The notes under the pieces: generated by a model
The model's database searches: none
What the model was told of the DNA's origin: nothing
What the model saw: only the letters and a program-made list of their open reading frames with translations
Position numbers and translations under genes: made by a program
Assembly: GCA_964291395.2 (NCBI GenBank)
Contig: OZ219858.1
Location: 800,001 to 864,000 of the forward strand
DNA: 64,000 nt
Direction: 5' to 3'
Source of the DNA: Alphaproteobacteria bacterium
GTDB lineage: Bacteria > Pseudomonadota > Alphaproteobacteria > UBA2966
Part shown: in pieces, positions 49,905-60,782 of the stretch
Layout of the letters: the number at the start of each line of letters is the position of its first letter
Numbering within the stretch: position 1 is the stretch's first letter

Positions 49905-50432
49905 TCAAGTCCGCGTTCGGCCGGCCGGGCCCTGATTTTCATCGGCGGCATCCCCATTGGCGATCGAAGATTGTTCGTGAGGTTTCCCGTTCGAGCCTGC
50001 AACGGAATATTCCCCTTCGATCGTTGTCGGCTCACCGCCTTTTGCGGAAGCGTCACCATTCTTTCGATCCCCGTGTCTGTCAAGAAATTGCGTGAGCACG
50101 GCCGTTCGTATGAGCCCTCGAATGGTTGGAACGAGGAACAACGCGCCGATGGCGTCGGTCACGAAGCCGGGTGTCAGCAGAAGTGCACCAGCCAGTAGCA
50201 GGCAGATGCCATCGAAGATTTCGCGAACGGGAAGTCGGCCTGCGGCGAAGCTGTCTCGCGCCTGACCAAGGATGGCCAAGCCTTGATGGCGGATAAGCGC
50301 GGAACCTGCTAGGGCCGTCAAGACGATTGCTCCGAGCGTAGGCCAGAGGCCGATGGCCCCGCCCACCTGTATGAACACGCCGATCTCTATCAGCGGAACG
50401 GCGATGAGTACTGACAGCAGAAGGAGTGGCAT
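49905..50432 (-). CDS. fxsA: FxsA family membrane protein
   Basis: PLIEI, LLLTPGFVTD. Confidence 0.92.
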   Translation of the reverse strand: MPLLLLSVLIAVPLIEIGVFIQVGGAIGLWPTLGAIVLTALAGSALIRHQGLAILGQARDSFAAGRLPVREIFDGICLLLAGALLLTPGFVTDAIGALFLVPTIRGLIRTAVLTQFLDRHGDRKNGDASAKGGEPTTIEGEYSVAGSNGKPHEQSSIANGDAADENQGPAGRTRT

Positions 50433-50622
50433 GAATTGCGCTCTTGCGCTGTGTCGCCCGGGGAGGCGATGGGTTACAGAGGTCCTGACTCTGGACCACG
50501 TCCCGACAAGCCGCTAGTGTACCATCTATCGACACGCCCGGAGTTTTGATGCCACGACGGGGATCCGGCATGTCGGACTGGGCCATTGTTGTGGCGTGGC
50601 TTCTTCCACAGGATCGTAGACA

Positions 50623-51303
50623 ATGGGCGAGGGCTTCCCATTTCTTGACATCGTATTGTTCGCCATGGTGGCGGCGTTCATCATTCTGCGCCTGCGGGGT
50701 GTTTTGGGTCGGCGTCCGGGAAATGGTCGGTCCGGTCAAGGTTCCCCGTCGCGCCAGCAAAGCACGGAAGAGAACGTCATCAGTTTGCCGGATCGCGCGC
50801 AGGACACGGCCGAATCGGCCGAACCGGAGTATGCGTCCGAGGAAGAGGCTATCGTTGCGGCGGGCCTCGCCGAGATTCGCCTCGCCGACCCGCGGTTCGA
50901 TGCCGAAGAGTTTCTCCGGGGCGCTCGTATGGCGTACGAGATGATCGTCACCGCGTACGCCGTGGCCGATGATGCGATTCTTCGCCAGCTCCTGTCGGAC
51001 GAGGTCTACGAGAATTTCGCTGGGGCGATCCAGGAGCGGATTGCCGAGGGGCACACGTTGGAAACGACGCTGCTGACCATTCATACCGCGGACATCGTGG
51101 AGGCCCAGGTGTCCGGTGAAGTCGTCGAAATCACCGTCAAGTTCGTCGCCGACGTTATCAATGTGACACGAGAGGAAAACGGAACCGTTGTCACGGGCGA
51201 TCCGGATCAGGCGCAGGACGTAACCGATTTCTGGACGTTTGCGCATGAGATCCGAAGCTCTGATCCGAATTGGCAGTTGGTCGAGACCCGTAGCCCGCAA
51301 TAG
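50623..51303 (+). CDS. Tim44/TimA family adaptor
   Basis: LRGVLGRR, FLRGARMAYEMIV, DFWTF, DPNWQLV. Confidence 0.92.
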   Translation: MGEGFPFLDIVLFAMVAAFIILRLRGVLGRRPGNGRSGQGSPSRQQSTEENVISLPDRAQDTAESAEPEYASEEEAIVAAGLAEIRLADPRFDAEEFLRGARMAYEMIVTAYAVADDAILRQLLSDEVYENFAGAIQERIAEGHTLETTLLTIHTADIVEAQVSGEVVEITVKFVADVINVTREENGTVVTGDPDQAQDVTDFWTFAHEIRSSDPNWQLVETRSPQ

Positions 51304-51306
51304 TCC

Positions 51307-52533
51307 ATGAACGGGCGGCATATCGGAGGGGTCGGTGTCTCTCTCGTCGCGTTGTTCGTTGCGCTGGCAGCCTCGTGGTTGCTGAAGCCATTGCCCGCCA
51401 CTGAGTCGTCCATCGAATTCCGTCCCGTCGGGTTTGACGCCCTGCGCGAGTGGGAGGAGGACGACCCAGGTCCGGCGCTCGAGGCCTTCGTCCGTTCTTG
51501 CGGTCGACTGGGCGGGCTTCCGCCGCAACAACCCGTTGGGTCCAAAACGGTCGGTATCAAGCCGTCGGATTTGCGTGGGGCGTGCCGGCGGGCACGTGAG
51601 GTGGAGAGCGGTGATGCTGCCGAGGTCCGTCGCTATTTTGAGACCGAGTTCGAACCGGTTGCGGTTACTGGCGTCGGCAAGGCCGAGGGCCTATTTACCG
51701 GATATTACGAACCGCTGTTCGAGGGCAGCCGCCAACGGATAGGCCGCTTCAACGTGCCGATTCACGGACGGCCCGAGGATTTGGTCACGGCAAATCTGGG
51801 TGACTTTCGTCCCGAGTGGAACGGGATTCAGTTGGTGGGTCGGTTGAACGATGGGAGGCTCAGACCGTTCGAAACCCGTGCTGCCATCGAACGCGGAGAA
51901 CTGGCAGATCGGGCCAAGCCGATCATCTGGTTGCGAGATGAAGTCGACGCGTTCTTTCTCCACATCCAGGGTACTGGCCGCATAAACCTCAACGATGGTA
52001 CCCAAACCCGTGTCGGTTTCACCGCCAGCAACGGACATCCTTATACGGCGATCGGCAGGGAATTGGTGGAGCGGGGTGCGTTGCCGGAAGATGGCGTCTC
52101 GATGCAGTCGATTCGACAATGGCTCAAATCGAATCCGCGGATGGCGAGGAACGTGATGTCCTCCAATGCGCGGTACATTTTCTTTCGCGAGATCGCCGGC
52201 GAAGGTCCGATCGGTGCGGGACAGGTTGTTCTGACACCTGGCCGTTCGCTTGCGGTCGACACTACGCTGTTGCCGCTTCATGCCCCGGTTTGGCTGGAGA
52301 CGTCAATGCCGTCCACTGCTGACAATCCCGACGGGGCGCCGCTGCGCCGGCTGCTCATTGCGCAGGATACGGGCAGCGCCATTCGCGGAGCGGTGCGGGG
52401 CGACGTTTTCTGGGGTAGCGGACCGGCGGCCGAGGAAGTCGCGGGAAAGATGAGCGAGACGGGGCGCTATTATCTGTTGCTTCCGAAAGGCACGCGCGAA
52501 CGAATTGTCGCCGGTATGCAAAAGGCGAACTGA
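51307..52533 (+). CDS. mltA: Lytic murein transglycosylase A
   Basis: FTGYYEP, FFLHIQG, NGHPY, SLAVD, AQDTGSAIRG..RGDVFWG. Confidence 0.95.
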   Translation: MNGRHIGGVGVSLVALFVALAASWLLKPLPATESSIEFRPVGFDALREWEEDDPGPALEAFVRSCGRLGGLPPQQPVGSKTVGIKPSDLRGACRRAREVESGDAAEVRRYFETEFEPVAVTGVGKAEGLFTGYYEPLFEGSRQRIGRFNVPIHGRPEDLVTANLGDFRPEWNGIQLVGRLNDGRLRPFETRAAIERGELADRAKPIIWLRDEVDAFFLHIQGTGRINLNDGTQTRVGFTASNGHPYTAIGRELVERGALPEDGVSMQSIRQWLKSNPRMARNVMSSNARYIFFREIAGEGPIGAGQVVLTPGRSLAVDTTLLPLHAPVWLETSMPSTADNPDGAPLRRLLIAQDTGSAIRGAVRGDVFWGSGPAAEEVAGKMSETGRYYLLLPKGTRERIVAGMQKAN

Positions 52534-52658
52534 GGGACGGTTTCAGCCGGCGGCGCAGGTGCGTTCGGCTTGCACGGCGGCACGACGTGGGATTTATTGG
52601 GCGACGCGCAAAGAACCCACGCGAGGACCGGCTAGTGAACGCGGGACGGTCTCCAAAG

Positions 52659-53465
52659 ATGCCAAGCATCCCCGACACGGTGGATCCACGGAGGGACGGG
52701 ACTCGACGTGTGGGGTTGTTCGTCACCTGTCTGGTGGATCTGTTTCGCCCGACGGTGGGCTTCGCCGCCGTCAAACTCTTGAAACATGCCGGTTGCGTTG
52801 TCGAAATTCCCGCGACCCAGACCTGCTGCGGACAGCCCGCCTACAACTCGGGGGCACGATCGGAAGCGCAGGCGATCGCCCGGCAAGTTGTCGCGGCCTT
52901 CGACGGGTTCGATTGGGTGGTCGCGCCATCGGGAAGCTGCGCCGGTATGTTGCACCGCCATTATCCAGATCTGCTCAGCGACGACGCCGAATGGGGACCA
53001 CGTGCCGTGGCTCTCGCTGGCCGCGCGCGAGAGCTCATGTCCTTTCTGGTCGATGTTTGTGGCGTCACATCCGTGGAGGCTTCGTTTCGCGGTATCGCGG
53101 CCTATCATGATTCGTGTTCGAGCCTTCGCGAAATGGGCGTCCGGGATCAGCCCCGCGAACTGCTGACCGGCATCAGCGGCCTGGAGTTGCGGGAGGTTCC
53201 CGAAGCCGAAGCCTGTTGCGGTTTCGGCGGCTCCTTCTCCGTGAAATACGGGCCCATATCCACGGATATCGTGAGCCGCAAGACGGATGCCTTGGCTTCG
53301 GTGAAACCGGACATGGTGGTGGGTGGCGATCTCGGTTGCCTGATGAACATTGCAGGCAAGATGCGCCGGGACGGGACTGGTATCGCCGTTCGCCATGCCG
53401 CGGAACTTCTTGCGGACATGACGGAAGATGCCGCGATCGGGGCGCCGGAGCGGGCAGAAGTCTAG
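52659..53465 (+). CDS. lutA: Lactate utilization Fe-S protein LutA/LldE
   Basis: LFVTCLVD, QTCCGQP, SGSC, YHDSC, CCGFGG, DLGCLMNI. Confidence 0.92.
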   Translation: MPSIPDTVDPRRDGTRRVGLFVTCLVDLFRPTVGFAAVKLLKHAGCVVEIPATQTCCGQPAYNSGARSEAQAIARQVVAAFDGFDWVVAPSGSCAGMLHRHYPDLLSDDAEWGPRAVALAGRARELMSFLVDVCGVTSVEASFRGIAAYHDSCSSLREMGVRDQPRELLTGISGLELREVPEAEACCGFGGSFSVKYGPISTDIVSRKTDALASVKPDMVVGGDLGCLMNIAGKMRRDGTGIAVRHAAELLADMTEDAAIGAPERAEV

Positions 53466-54889
53466 TGCAGACGAGCCAGGCCTTTCGCGAAAACGCGGTC
53501 CGGGCGATTGCCGACGATGAACTTCGCGCCGCCCTGGATAAGGTGCGCCGGGGGTTCGGAGGCGCCAGGCGCCAGGCCGCAGTCGACCGTCTCCCGGAAT
53601 TCGAGGCGTTACGGGACGCCGCCCGGGATATCAAGAACCATGCGATCGCGCTTCTCGACATTTATCTGGAGCGATTCGAGCAGCGCGTCGTGGAGAGCGG
53701 TGGGGTGGTTCACTGGTGCGAGACTCCGGGCGAGGCCCGTGACCTGGTGTTGCGCCTTTGCAAGGAGGTCGACGCGCGTACTGTCACCAAAGGCAAGACC
53801 ATGATCGCCGAGGAGATCGGCCTCAACCCGTTTTTGGAATCGCACGGCATCGCGCCGATCGAAACCGACCTGGGCGAGTACATAATCCAGCTCGCTGACG
53901 AACCGCCGAGCCACATCATTGCGCCGGCGATTCACAAGACCAAGAACCAGGTAGCCGATCTGTTCCATGAGCACCACCAGCAGTACGGCAAGACTCAGCG
54001 GCTGGACGATCCGGGCGAACTAGTCGATGAGGCCCGTCAGGTATTGCGCCGAAAGTACATCGAAGCCGATGTCGGCATCACCGGCGCCAACTTCCTGATC
54101 GCCGAGACGGGGAGCACCGTGATCGTGACCAACGAAGGTAACGGTGATCTGACGCAGACGCTCCCCAAGCGACACATCGTGCTGGCGACGCCCGAAAAAA
54201 TCGTCCCAACACTGGAAGACGCGACGACCCTGTTGCGGGTTCTCGCGCGCTCCGCGACCGGGCAGGAGTTCTCCGTCTACACGACGTTCTCCACCGGACC
54301 GCGGCGGTCTGACGACCTCGATGGGCCCGAGAGCTTTCACGTGATCATCTTGGACAACGGCCGAAGTCGGTTGGTCGGGAGTCCCTTTCAGGACATGTTG
54401 CGCTGCATCAAGTGCGGCACGTGCCTGTTTCATTGTCCGGTCTACGCTTCTATCGGGGGTCATGCCTATGGGTCTGTCTATCAGGGTCCCATGGGCGCCG
54501 TGTTGACCCCGAACCTGATCGGGCTGCCGACGACGCGTCACCTGCCCAATGCCTCCAGCCTGTGCGGTCGTTGCGAGGCCGTCTGCCCCGTGCGCATACC
54601 GATTCCCCGCATGCTGCGGCACCTGCGGGAGAAAGGCCTTGGCGAGCGCCTGGTGCCGTTGCGGGAACGCTGGGCGGTTGCGGCTTGGGCATGGATCGCG
54701 CGGCGCCCTCGGGTCTACCGCCTCTGGGCCCGGTTCCTCGTGGGTGTTCTGCGGACCATCGCGGGACGGTCGGGACGGGTGCGTCGGCTGCCATTGTCGA
54801 GGGGCTGGACCGGTGGACGGGACTTTCCGGCGCCTCAGGGAGAGACTTTCATGGATCTCTGGCGGCGTGCTGGACGGGGAAAGACGTGA
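53465..54889 (+). CDS. lutB: Lactate utilization Fe-S protein LutB/LldF
   Basis: ETDLGEYIIQL, TNEGN, RSATGQ, CIKCGTC...CP, SSLCGRC...CP. Confidence 0.93.
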   Translation: MQTSQAFRENAVRAIADDELRAALDKVRRGFGGARRQAAVDRLPEFEALRDAARDIKNHAIALLDIYLERFEQRVVESGGVVHWCETPGEARDLVLRLCKEVDARTVTKGKTMIAEEIGLNPFLESHGIAPIETDLGEYIIQLADEPPSHIIAPAIHKTKNQVADLFHEHHQQYGKTQRLDDPGELVDEARQVLRRKYIEADVGITGANFLIAETGSTVIVTNEGNGDLTQTLPKRHIVLATPEKIVPTLEDATTLLRVLARSATGQEFSVYTTFSTGPRRSDDLDGPESFHVIILDNGRSRLVGSPFQDMLRCIKCGTCLFHCPVYASIGGHAYGSVYQGPMGAVLTPNLIGLPTTRHLPNASSLCGRCEAVCPVRIPIPRMLRHLREKGLGERLVPLRERWAVAAWAWIARRPRVYRLWARFLVGVLRTIAGRSGRVRRLPLSRGWTGGRDFPAPQGETFMDLWRRAGRGKT

Positions 54890-54902
54890 AGGCAGGCGCG
54901 AC

Positions 54903-55592
54903 ATGAGTGCTCGTGACGCCATCCTCGGTCGCATCCGCAGTAACCTCGGTCGGGATGGCACCGGGGAAAGTGCCGCCGACGAGCGGCTCGCGCGGCACCA
55001 GGCAGGTCCGCGCCCGAAGCGGGCCGAACTGCCGCATCCCGATCAGGTGGATTTGTTCTCGACCATGGCGGAAGAGGTCGACGCGACCGTGGCACGGGTG
55101 AGAAGCCTCGGCGAGGTGCCGGAGGCGGTGGCCGAGTATTTGATTGCGCACAACCTGCCTGCGCGCCTGGTCGTCGCGCCTGACGGGCGCCTCGACGACG
55201 TTCCGTGGGAGAGTAAGCCGACGCTCGAGGTTCACCGGGGCGTCGCCGACGAAACGGATGCCGTGTCGGTCACGCCGGCGTTCGCCGGGATCGCCGAAAC
55301 CGGCACCGTGATGGCCACATCCGGAAAGGACACGCCGACCACCCTCAACTTTCTGCCCGAGACTCATGTGATCGTCCTTCGCGAGCGCGAGGTCGTGGGC
55401 ACCTACGAAGACGGCTGGCGGCGACTCCGCGAACAGGCCGCGGCGTCCGGACGTGCCGGAACGATGCCCCGAACCGTGAATTTCATCACCGGTCCGTCGC
55501 GGACCGCGGACATCGCCATGACCCTTTACCTCGGCGCCCACGGGCCTCGGCGCCTTCACATCATCCTGGTTGGTGATGATGACGGGTGGTAG
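54903..55592 (+). CDS. lutC: Lactate utilization protein LutC/LldG
   Basis: MSARDAILGRIR, IAETGT, FLPETH, FITGPSRTADI, GAHGP. Confidence 0.92.
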   Translation: MSARDAILGRIRSNLGRDGTGESAADERLARHQAGPRPKRAELPHPDQVDLFSTMAEEVDATVARVRSLGEVPEAVAEYLIAHNLPARLVVAPDGRLDDVPWESKPTLEVHRGVADETDAVSVTPAFAGIAETGTVMATSGKDTPTTLNFLPETHVIVLREREVVGTYEDGWRRLREQAAASGRAGTMPRTVNFITGPSRTADIAMTLYLGAHGPRRLHIILVGDDDGW

Positions 55593-56184
55593 CCGACCGA
55601 CCGGGAAAGCGTCCCGCCTGGAAGCGGAGAACGACGCAGACCTCTGGCAACGTGCTATGCGGGGCACGGAGCGGCTTTCGCCCGGACGCAGACATTCGGG
55701 GGGTACCGAGGAGCCCGTTGCGGACCGCGATCAATCCGCATCGGAGGCGCCGCAGGGCCGGGCGCGTCCCGCCGACGTCTCGAGTCGAGGCCCGCGGCCA
55801 AAGGAACCGGCAGTGCCAGGGAAGCTCGACAAGCACGTGATCCGTCGCATCAAGCGAAGAGTTCAAGGCGTCGAGGCCCGCCTCGACCTGCACGGTATGA
55901 CCCAGAAGGAAGCGCACGTTGCCTTGCGCCGGTTTATCCGGGATACGGCAGTTCGTGGCTGTAGATGCGTTCTCGTCATTACCGGCAAGGGAAGCCAGTC
56001 GGATACCGAGTCCGAATTTCGCGGCTCGGCGCCTGGCGTTCTGCGCCGGTCCGTGCCGTACTGGCTGAAAGCCCCTGATCTCTCGCGGTACGTTGCCGGG
56101 TTCGAACCGGCCCTGCCGAAGCATGGCGGTGCCGGCGCCCTCTATGTGCAGCTGCGTCGGGGTCAACCCGATGGGCGTGGATGA
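55576..56184 (+). CDS. Smr/MutS2 family protein
   Basis: LDLHG, VITGKG, HGGAGALYV. Confidence 0.92.
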   Translation: MMTGGSRPTGKASRLEAENDADLWQRAMRGTERLSPGRRHSGGTEEPVADRDQSASEAPQGRARPADVSSRGPRPKEPAVPGKLDKHVIRRIKRRVQGVEARLDLHGMTQKEAHVALRRFIRDTAVRGCRCVLVITGKGSQSDTESEFRGSAPGVLRRSVPYWLKAPDLSRYVAGFEPALPKHGGAGALYVQLRRGQPDGRG

Positions 56185-56193
56185 GATTGGGGC

Positions 56194-56784
56194 ATGGAAA
56201 TTCTCCGACAGCAGATCGGTGCTCTTCTCGAGGGATTGCTGCGCCCTGTCGCCCAAACCCTGGCGAGATCGGACATTTCACCCAATCACGTCACGGTGGC
56301 GGGCTTGGTGGTCAACCTCATCGCCGCATGGCTGATAACGCGCGGCGACTTTTTCTTCGCGGGCGTGATGTATCTGCTCGGAGGTGGCTTCGACCTTCTC
56401 GATGGCATGCTCGCCCGGGCGACGAACAAGGTGACTGCCGTCGGCGCCTATCTCGATTCGACGCTTGACCGAATTTCGGAGGGCGTGATCTTTGCGGCGA
56501 TTGCCTATGTATTCGCCCGTGAAGGCCACGCCGTCGATGCCGGCATGGTCTTGTTGGCGTTGCTCGGATCTCTGCTGGTCAGCTATACCCGCGCCCGCGC
56601 CGAAGCCCTCAGCGTCGCCTGCAAGATGGGGATCGCGACCCGGCCGGAACGGGTCGTGCTCATCGCCCTCGGGCTGGTGACCGGATGGTTGGCGCCGGTG
56701 ATCTACCTGTTGGTGGTGCTCACGGGGATTACCGTAATCCAGCGCATTCGCGCCACCGTGGTGGGGTTGTCGGGTCGGGTTTGA
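56194..56784 (+). CDS. CDP-alcohol phosphatidyltransferase (PIP/AIP-synthase-like)
   Basis: SPNHVT, DLLDGMLAR...GAYLDSTLDR, LVSYTRARAE, RPER. Confidence 0.88.
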   Translation: MEILRQQIGALLEGLLRPVAQTLARSDISPNHVTVAGLVVNLIAAWLITRGDFFFAGVMYLLGGGFDLLDGMLARATNKVTAVGAYLDSTLDRISEGVIFAAIAYVFAREGHAVDAGMVLLALLGSLLVSYTRARAEALSVACKMGIATRPERVVLIALGLVTGWLAPVIYLLVVLTGITVIQRIRATVVGLSGRV

Positions 56785-56861
56785 CGGAGACTGGATGCCG
56801 CAGCATTAATGGTTTTTCTGTATTGATGCAGCAATCACCCTCTCTGAATAGCTTTCAGAGA

Positions 56862-58172
56862 CTACAAAATAAACTTGGATAGATCGGCGTTTTTGGCTAG
56901 TTCCGCGACCTGTTCGCGCACGTAAGACGAGTCGATGGTGATCGAATCGCCCGGCCGGTCGGACGCCGTGAAGCTGATCTCTTCCAGAAGTCGCTCGAGT
57001 ATCGTGTGGAGACGCCGGGCGCCGATGTTCTCGACGCCCGAGTTCACTTCCTCGGCCAGGGTCGCGATCTCCTCGACTGCGTCTTCGCTGAACGCCAGCG
57101 TCACGTCCTCTGTGCCCATCAGCGCCGTGTACTGCTTGATGAGGCTGGTTTCGGGTTCCACGAGGATGCGCTTGAAGTCCTCGTGGGTCAGAGCCTGGAG
57201 TTCGACCCGAATGGGAAGCCGCCCCTGAAGTTCGGGCAGGAGGTCGGCGGGTTTCGCCAGGTGAAACGCCCCTGACGCGATGAACAGGACGTGGTCGGTC
57301 TGGACCGTGCCGTGCTTGGTGGCCACCGTCGTGCCTTCGATCAACGGCAGGAGGTCTCGTTGCACACCCTCGCGGCTGACGTCGGCGCCGACGCGTTCCG
57401 AGCGGGCGCAGATCTTGTCGATTTCGTCGAGGAACACGATGCCGTTCTGCTCCACCATGTCGATGGCGTTCTTGACGAGCTTGTCCTGGTCCAGGAGTTT
57501 GTCGCTCTCCTCGGCAATCAGCACATCGTAGGAATCGCCGACCGTCATGCGGCGCTTGGACGTCCTTTGGCCGAAGGCCTTGCCGAAGATGTCGTTGAGA
57601 TTGATCATGCCCATGCTCGCGCCGGGCATGCCGGGGATGTCGAACGTGGGCATCGCGGCTCCGCCGGAGTCCGAAATTTCGAGTTCGACTTCCTTGTCCT
57701 CCAATTCCCCTTCGCGCAACTTCTTCCGGAATGTCTGGCGCGTGCCTTCCGAAGCGTGCTCGCCCACGAGCGCGTCGAGGACGCGGTCCTCTGCCGCAAG
57801 CTCGGCGCGCGCCATCACCTCCTTGCGGCTTTGTTCGCGCTGCATGTGAATCGCGATCTCGACGAGATCGCGAACGATTTGTTCGACGTCGCGGCCGACA
57901 TAGCCGACCTCCGTGAATTTCGTTGCCTCCACCTTGATGAAGGGCGCGTTCGCCAAGCGCGCCAAGCGGCGGGAAATTTCCGTTTTGCCGACGCCCGTGG
58001 GGCCGATCATCAGGATGTTCTTCGGGAGTACGTCGTCGCGCAGGTCATCGGGCAGTTGCTGGCGACGCCAGCGGTTGCGAAGCGCGATGGCGACGGCGCG
58101 CTTGGCGTCGTGCTGCCCGATGATGAAACGGTCGAGTTCGGAGACGATTTCGCGGGGGCTGAACTCGGTCAT
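56862..58172 (-). CDS. hslU: HslU ATPase
   Basis: [27 protein letters not shown]. Confidence 0.97.
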   Translation of the reverse strand: MTEFSPREIVSELDRFIIGQHDAKRAVAIALRNRWRRQQLPDDLRDDVLPKNILMIGPTGVGKTEISRRLARLANAPFIKVEATKFTEVGYVGRDVEQIVRDLVEIAIHMQREQSRKEVMARAELAAEDRVLDALVGEHASEGTRQTFRKKLREGELEDKEVELEISDSGGAAMPTFDIPGMPGASMGMINLNDIFGKAFGQRTSKRRMTVGDSYDVLIAEESDKLLDQDKLVKNAIDMVEQNGIVFLDEIDKICARSERVGADVSREGVQRDLLPLIEGTTVATKHGTVQTDHVLFIASGAFHLAKPADLLPELQGRLPIRVELQALTHEDFKRILVEPETSLIKQYTALMGTEDVTLAFSEDAVEEIATLAEEVNSGVENIGARRLHTILERLLEEISFTASDRPGDSITIDSSYVREQVAELAKNADLSKFIL

Positions 58173-58176
58173 GCTG

Positions 58177-58725
58177 TCAAAGGGTCTCGAGGATCACTTG
58201 ATCGTTGGTGTAGATGCAGATGTCGGCGGCGATCTTCATAGCCTGCCGGGCGATTTCTTCGGCGCCCAACTCCTCTCGGCCGACCAGCGCGCGGGCCGCG
58301 GCCAGCGCGTAATTCCCTCCGGATCCGATACCGATGAGCCCGTCGTCCGGCTCCAGAACATCACCGGTCCCGCTCAGAATCAACGAGACCTTGCCGTCGG
58401 CGACGGCCATCATGGCTTCGAGACGGCGAAGGTAGCGATCCGTGCGCCAGTCCTTGGCGAGTTCCACACAGGCGCGTGTGAGCTGGGTCGGGTATTGCTC
58501 CAATTTGGACTCCAGTCGTTCGAACAGGGTGAAGGCGTCGGCCGTCGCACCGGCGAACCCGCCGATGACGGAGCCGTCTCCCAAACGGCGGACCTTCCGC
58601 GCCGAGGACTTGACGACGGTGTCGCCCATTGAGACCTGTCCGTCTCCCGCGATGACGACGGAGTCCGCTTTCCGGACGGAAAGGATCGTGGTGCCGTGCC
58701 AAGTAGTGGTCGACGCCTCGGTCAT
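58177..58725 (-). CDS. hslV: HslV protease
   Basis: [37 protein letters not shown]. Confidence 0.96.
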   Translation of the reverse strand: MTEASTTTWHGTTILSVRKADSVVIAGDGQVSMGDTVVKSSARKVRRLGDGSVIGGFAGATADAFTLFERLESKLEQYPTQLTRACVELAKDWRTDRYLRRLEAMMAVADGKVSLILSGTGDVLEPDDGLIGIGSGGNYALAAARALVGREELGAEEIARQAMKIAADICIYTNDQVILETL

Positions 58726-58929
58726 GATCAGCTCCGCAAGCCAGGTCGCAGTGGTGTCCGATCCCGGAATTTCGGGGTGCGGCAAACCATGTGGTGTTTG
58801 CTGCGTTCCGGTCAAGGGGCGTCGGCAGGGTCGAGAGAGGCTCCGTGCCCGCTCCGTCCGAACGGGCTTCTCGACTGGCGCTGAAATCGCGTTGCTGCTA
58901 CAAGGGCGCCGATTCTTGCGGAGGTTGTC

Positions 58930-59523
58930 ATGCGCAAAGCCGTGGTCGAACGCACCACCAAAGAAACGCGCGTTACCGCCGAGGTGAATCTTGACGGAAC
59001 GGGGAAGTACCAGGTCGGCACCGGCATCGGGTTTCTGGACCATATGCTGGAGCAGCTGTCCCGGCACTCGTTGATCGATCTCACCCTTCAGGCCGAGGGT
59101 GATCTTCATATCGACTTCCACCACACCACCGAGGATACGGGAATCGCCATCGGGCAGGCCGTCGCTGAAGCCCTGGGAGACAGGCGCGGCATACGGCGTT
59201 TCGGAAGCGCGACGATTCCCATGGACGAAACGTTGACGCAGGTTTCCGTCGATGTATCCAACCGCCCCTATCTCATTTGGCGTGTAGAATTTTCCCGCCA
59301 GAAGCTGGGCGAGATGGATACGGAGCTCTTCAAGGAATGGTTTCAGGCCTTCGCCCAGAATGCCGGGATCACGTTGCACGTTGAAAACGCCTATGGCCAG
59401 AACAATCATCATATTGTCGAGTCTTGCTACAAGGGCTTGGCGCGCGCATTGCGTGACGCCATCGAGCATGACTCGCGAATTGCGGGGGAAGTCCCGTCGA
59501 CGAAAGGCGTACTGAATGCCTGA
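58930..59523 (+). CDS. hisB: Imidazoleglycerol-phosphate dehydratase
   Basis: RTTKET, FLDHML, HHTTED, NNHHIVE, PSTKG. Confidence 0.97.
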   Translation: MRKAVVERTTKETRVTAEVNLDGTGKYQVGTGIGFLDHMLEQLSRHSLIDLTLQAEGDLHIDFHHTTEDTGIAIGQAVAEALGDRRGIRRFGSATIPMDETLTQVSVDVSNRPYLIWRVEFSRQKLGEMDTELFKEWFQAFAQNAGITLHVENAYGQNNHHIVESCYKGLARALRDAIEHDSRIAGEVPSTKGVLNA

Positions 59524-59589
59524 GGGCGACGGTCGACTCAGTGTTGGGTCCACGCATGTGCCCGCCTTGATCGGCGCCGGGAAGCGGTC

Positions 59590-60252
59590 ATGACGGTCGC
59601 CATCATTGATTACGGATCCGGAAATCTTCGCTCCGCAGCCAAGGCCTTCGAACGGGCCGTGAGAGAAAGCGGTCGTTCTGACCCCGTCACGGTGACGAGT
59701 TCGGCCGATGACGCGTTGTCCGCGGACCGGATCGTCCTGCCGGGAGTCGGAGCATTCGCGGATTGCCGTAGCGGGCTCCACGGACTTGACGGGATGGTGG
59801 AGGCGCTGGAGGAGGCGGTTATCGTCCGAGGCAAGCCTTTCCTCGGGATCTGCGTCGGTATGCAGTTGATGGCTACGACGGGCCGCGAGCACGGCGCGTA
59901 CCCGGGACTCGGTTGGATCGATGGCGAGGTGACGGCCATCGATGTCCGGCCGACTGCGGAAAAGAATGGAACGGAGTTGAAAATTCCCCATATGGGGTGG
60001 AACGACATGATCCTGGACCGGGCGGATCATCCATTGTTTGCGGGGCTGCAAGACGGGCGCCACGCCTATTTCGTACACAGCTACGCGATGATCTGCCGCC
60101 GATCGGAAGATCAGCTCGCCCATGTGGACTACGGCGGGCCGTTGGTCGCTGCCGTGGGCCGGAACAATCTTGTGGGGACTCAGTTTCATCCGGAAAAGAG
60201 TCAGGCCGTGGGACTGCAAATCATCGGTAATTTTCTGTCATGGCGACCGTAG
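59590..60252 (+). CDS. hisH: Imidazole glycerol phosphate synthase glutaminase subunit
   Basis: DYGSGNL, LPGVG, GICVGMQ, PHMGWN, QFHPEKS. Confidence 0.97.
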   Translation: MTVAIIDYGSGNLRSAAKAFERAVRESGRSDPVTVTSSADDALSADRIVLPGVGAFADCRSGLHGLDGMVEALEEAVIVRGKPFLGICVGMQLMATTGREHGAYPGLGWIDGEVTAIDVRPTAEKNGTELKIPHMGWNDMILDRADHPLFAGLQDGRHAYFVHSYAMICRRSEDQLAHVDYGGPLVAAVGRNNLVGTQFHPEKSQAVGLQIIGNFLSWRP

Positions 60253-60782
60253 TGAAACAAACCGGTGTCGAGTGGGTCACCGAGCTCGCGGATCAGGATC
60301 TCGAAGACCTCTGCGAGGCCACGGAGGAAGCCATCCTGGACGGGAACGGCTTTGGTTGGCTGACCCCGCCTCCGCGGCGGGTCCTCGAGTCCTATTGGCG
60401 CGGCGTTATGCTGGTACCCGAGCGAGACCTCATCGTGGCGCGGTTAGAGGGGAGCATCGCCGGGTCCGCCCAACTGTTACGCCCGCCGCCCAACAACGAG
60501 GCCCAATCCTTCGCCGCGCACGTCACGACGTTCTTCCTCGCGCCGTGGGCGCGGGCTCACGGCCTGGGACAAGCGATGCTCGAGTCCATGGAACAGCGGG
60601 CGCGGAGCGCTGGCTTCGGCGTGCTCGATCTTGATGTCCGCGCCACGCAGAAGGCCGCGATTCGCCTGTACGAGCGCGCCGGCTTCAGGAAATGGGCGAC
60701 GAAAGACAAGTACGCCTTCGTCGGCGGTGAGTTCGTGACCGGGTATTTCTTCGAGAAGGATCTCGGAGCTTCGTCCAAGTGA
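60240..60782 (+). CDS. GNAT family N-acetyltransferase
   Basis: ARAHGLG motif [11 protein letters not shown]. Confidence 0.85.
   Translation: MATVVKQTGVEWVTELADQDLEDLCEATEEAILDGNGFGWLTPPPRRVLESYWRGVMLVPERDLIVARLEGSIAGSAQLLRPPPNNEAQSFAAHVTTFFLAPWARAHGLGQAMLESMEQRARSAGFGVLDLDVRATQKAAIRLYERAGFRKWATKDKYAFVGGEFVTGYFFEKDLGASSK

Noticed and set aside
58177-60219. 680-aa ORF suggesting an N-terminally extended HslV
   Set aside because: The extension is the antisense shadow of hisB/hisH; HslV starts near 58725.
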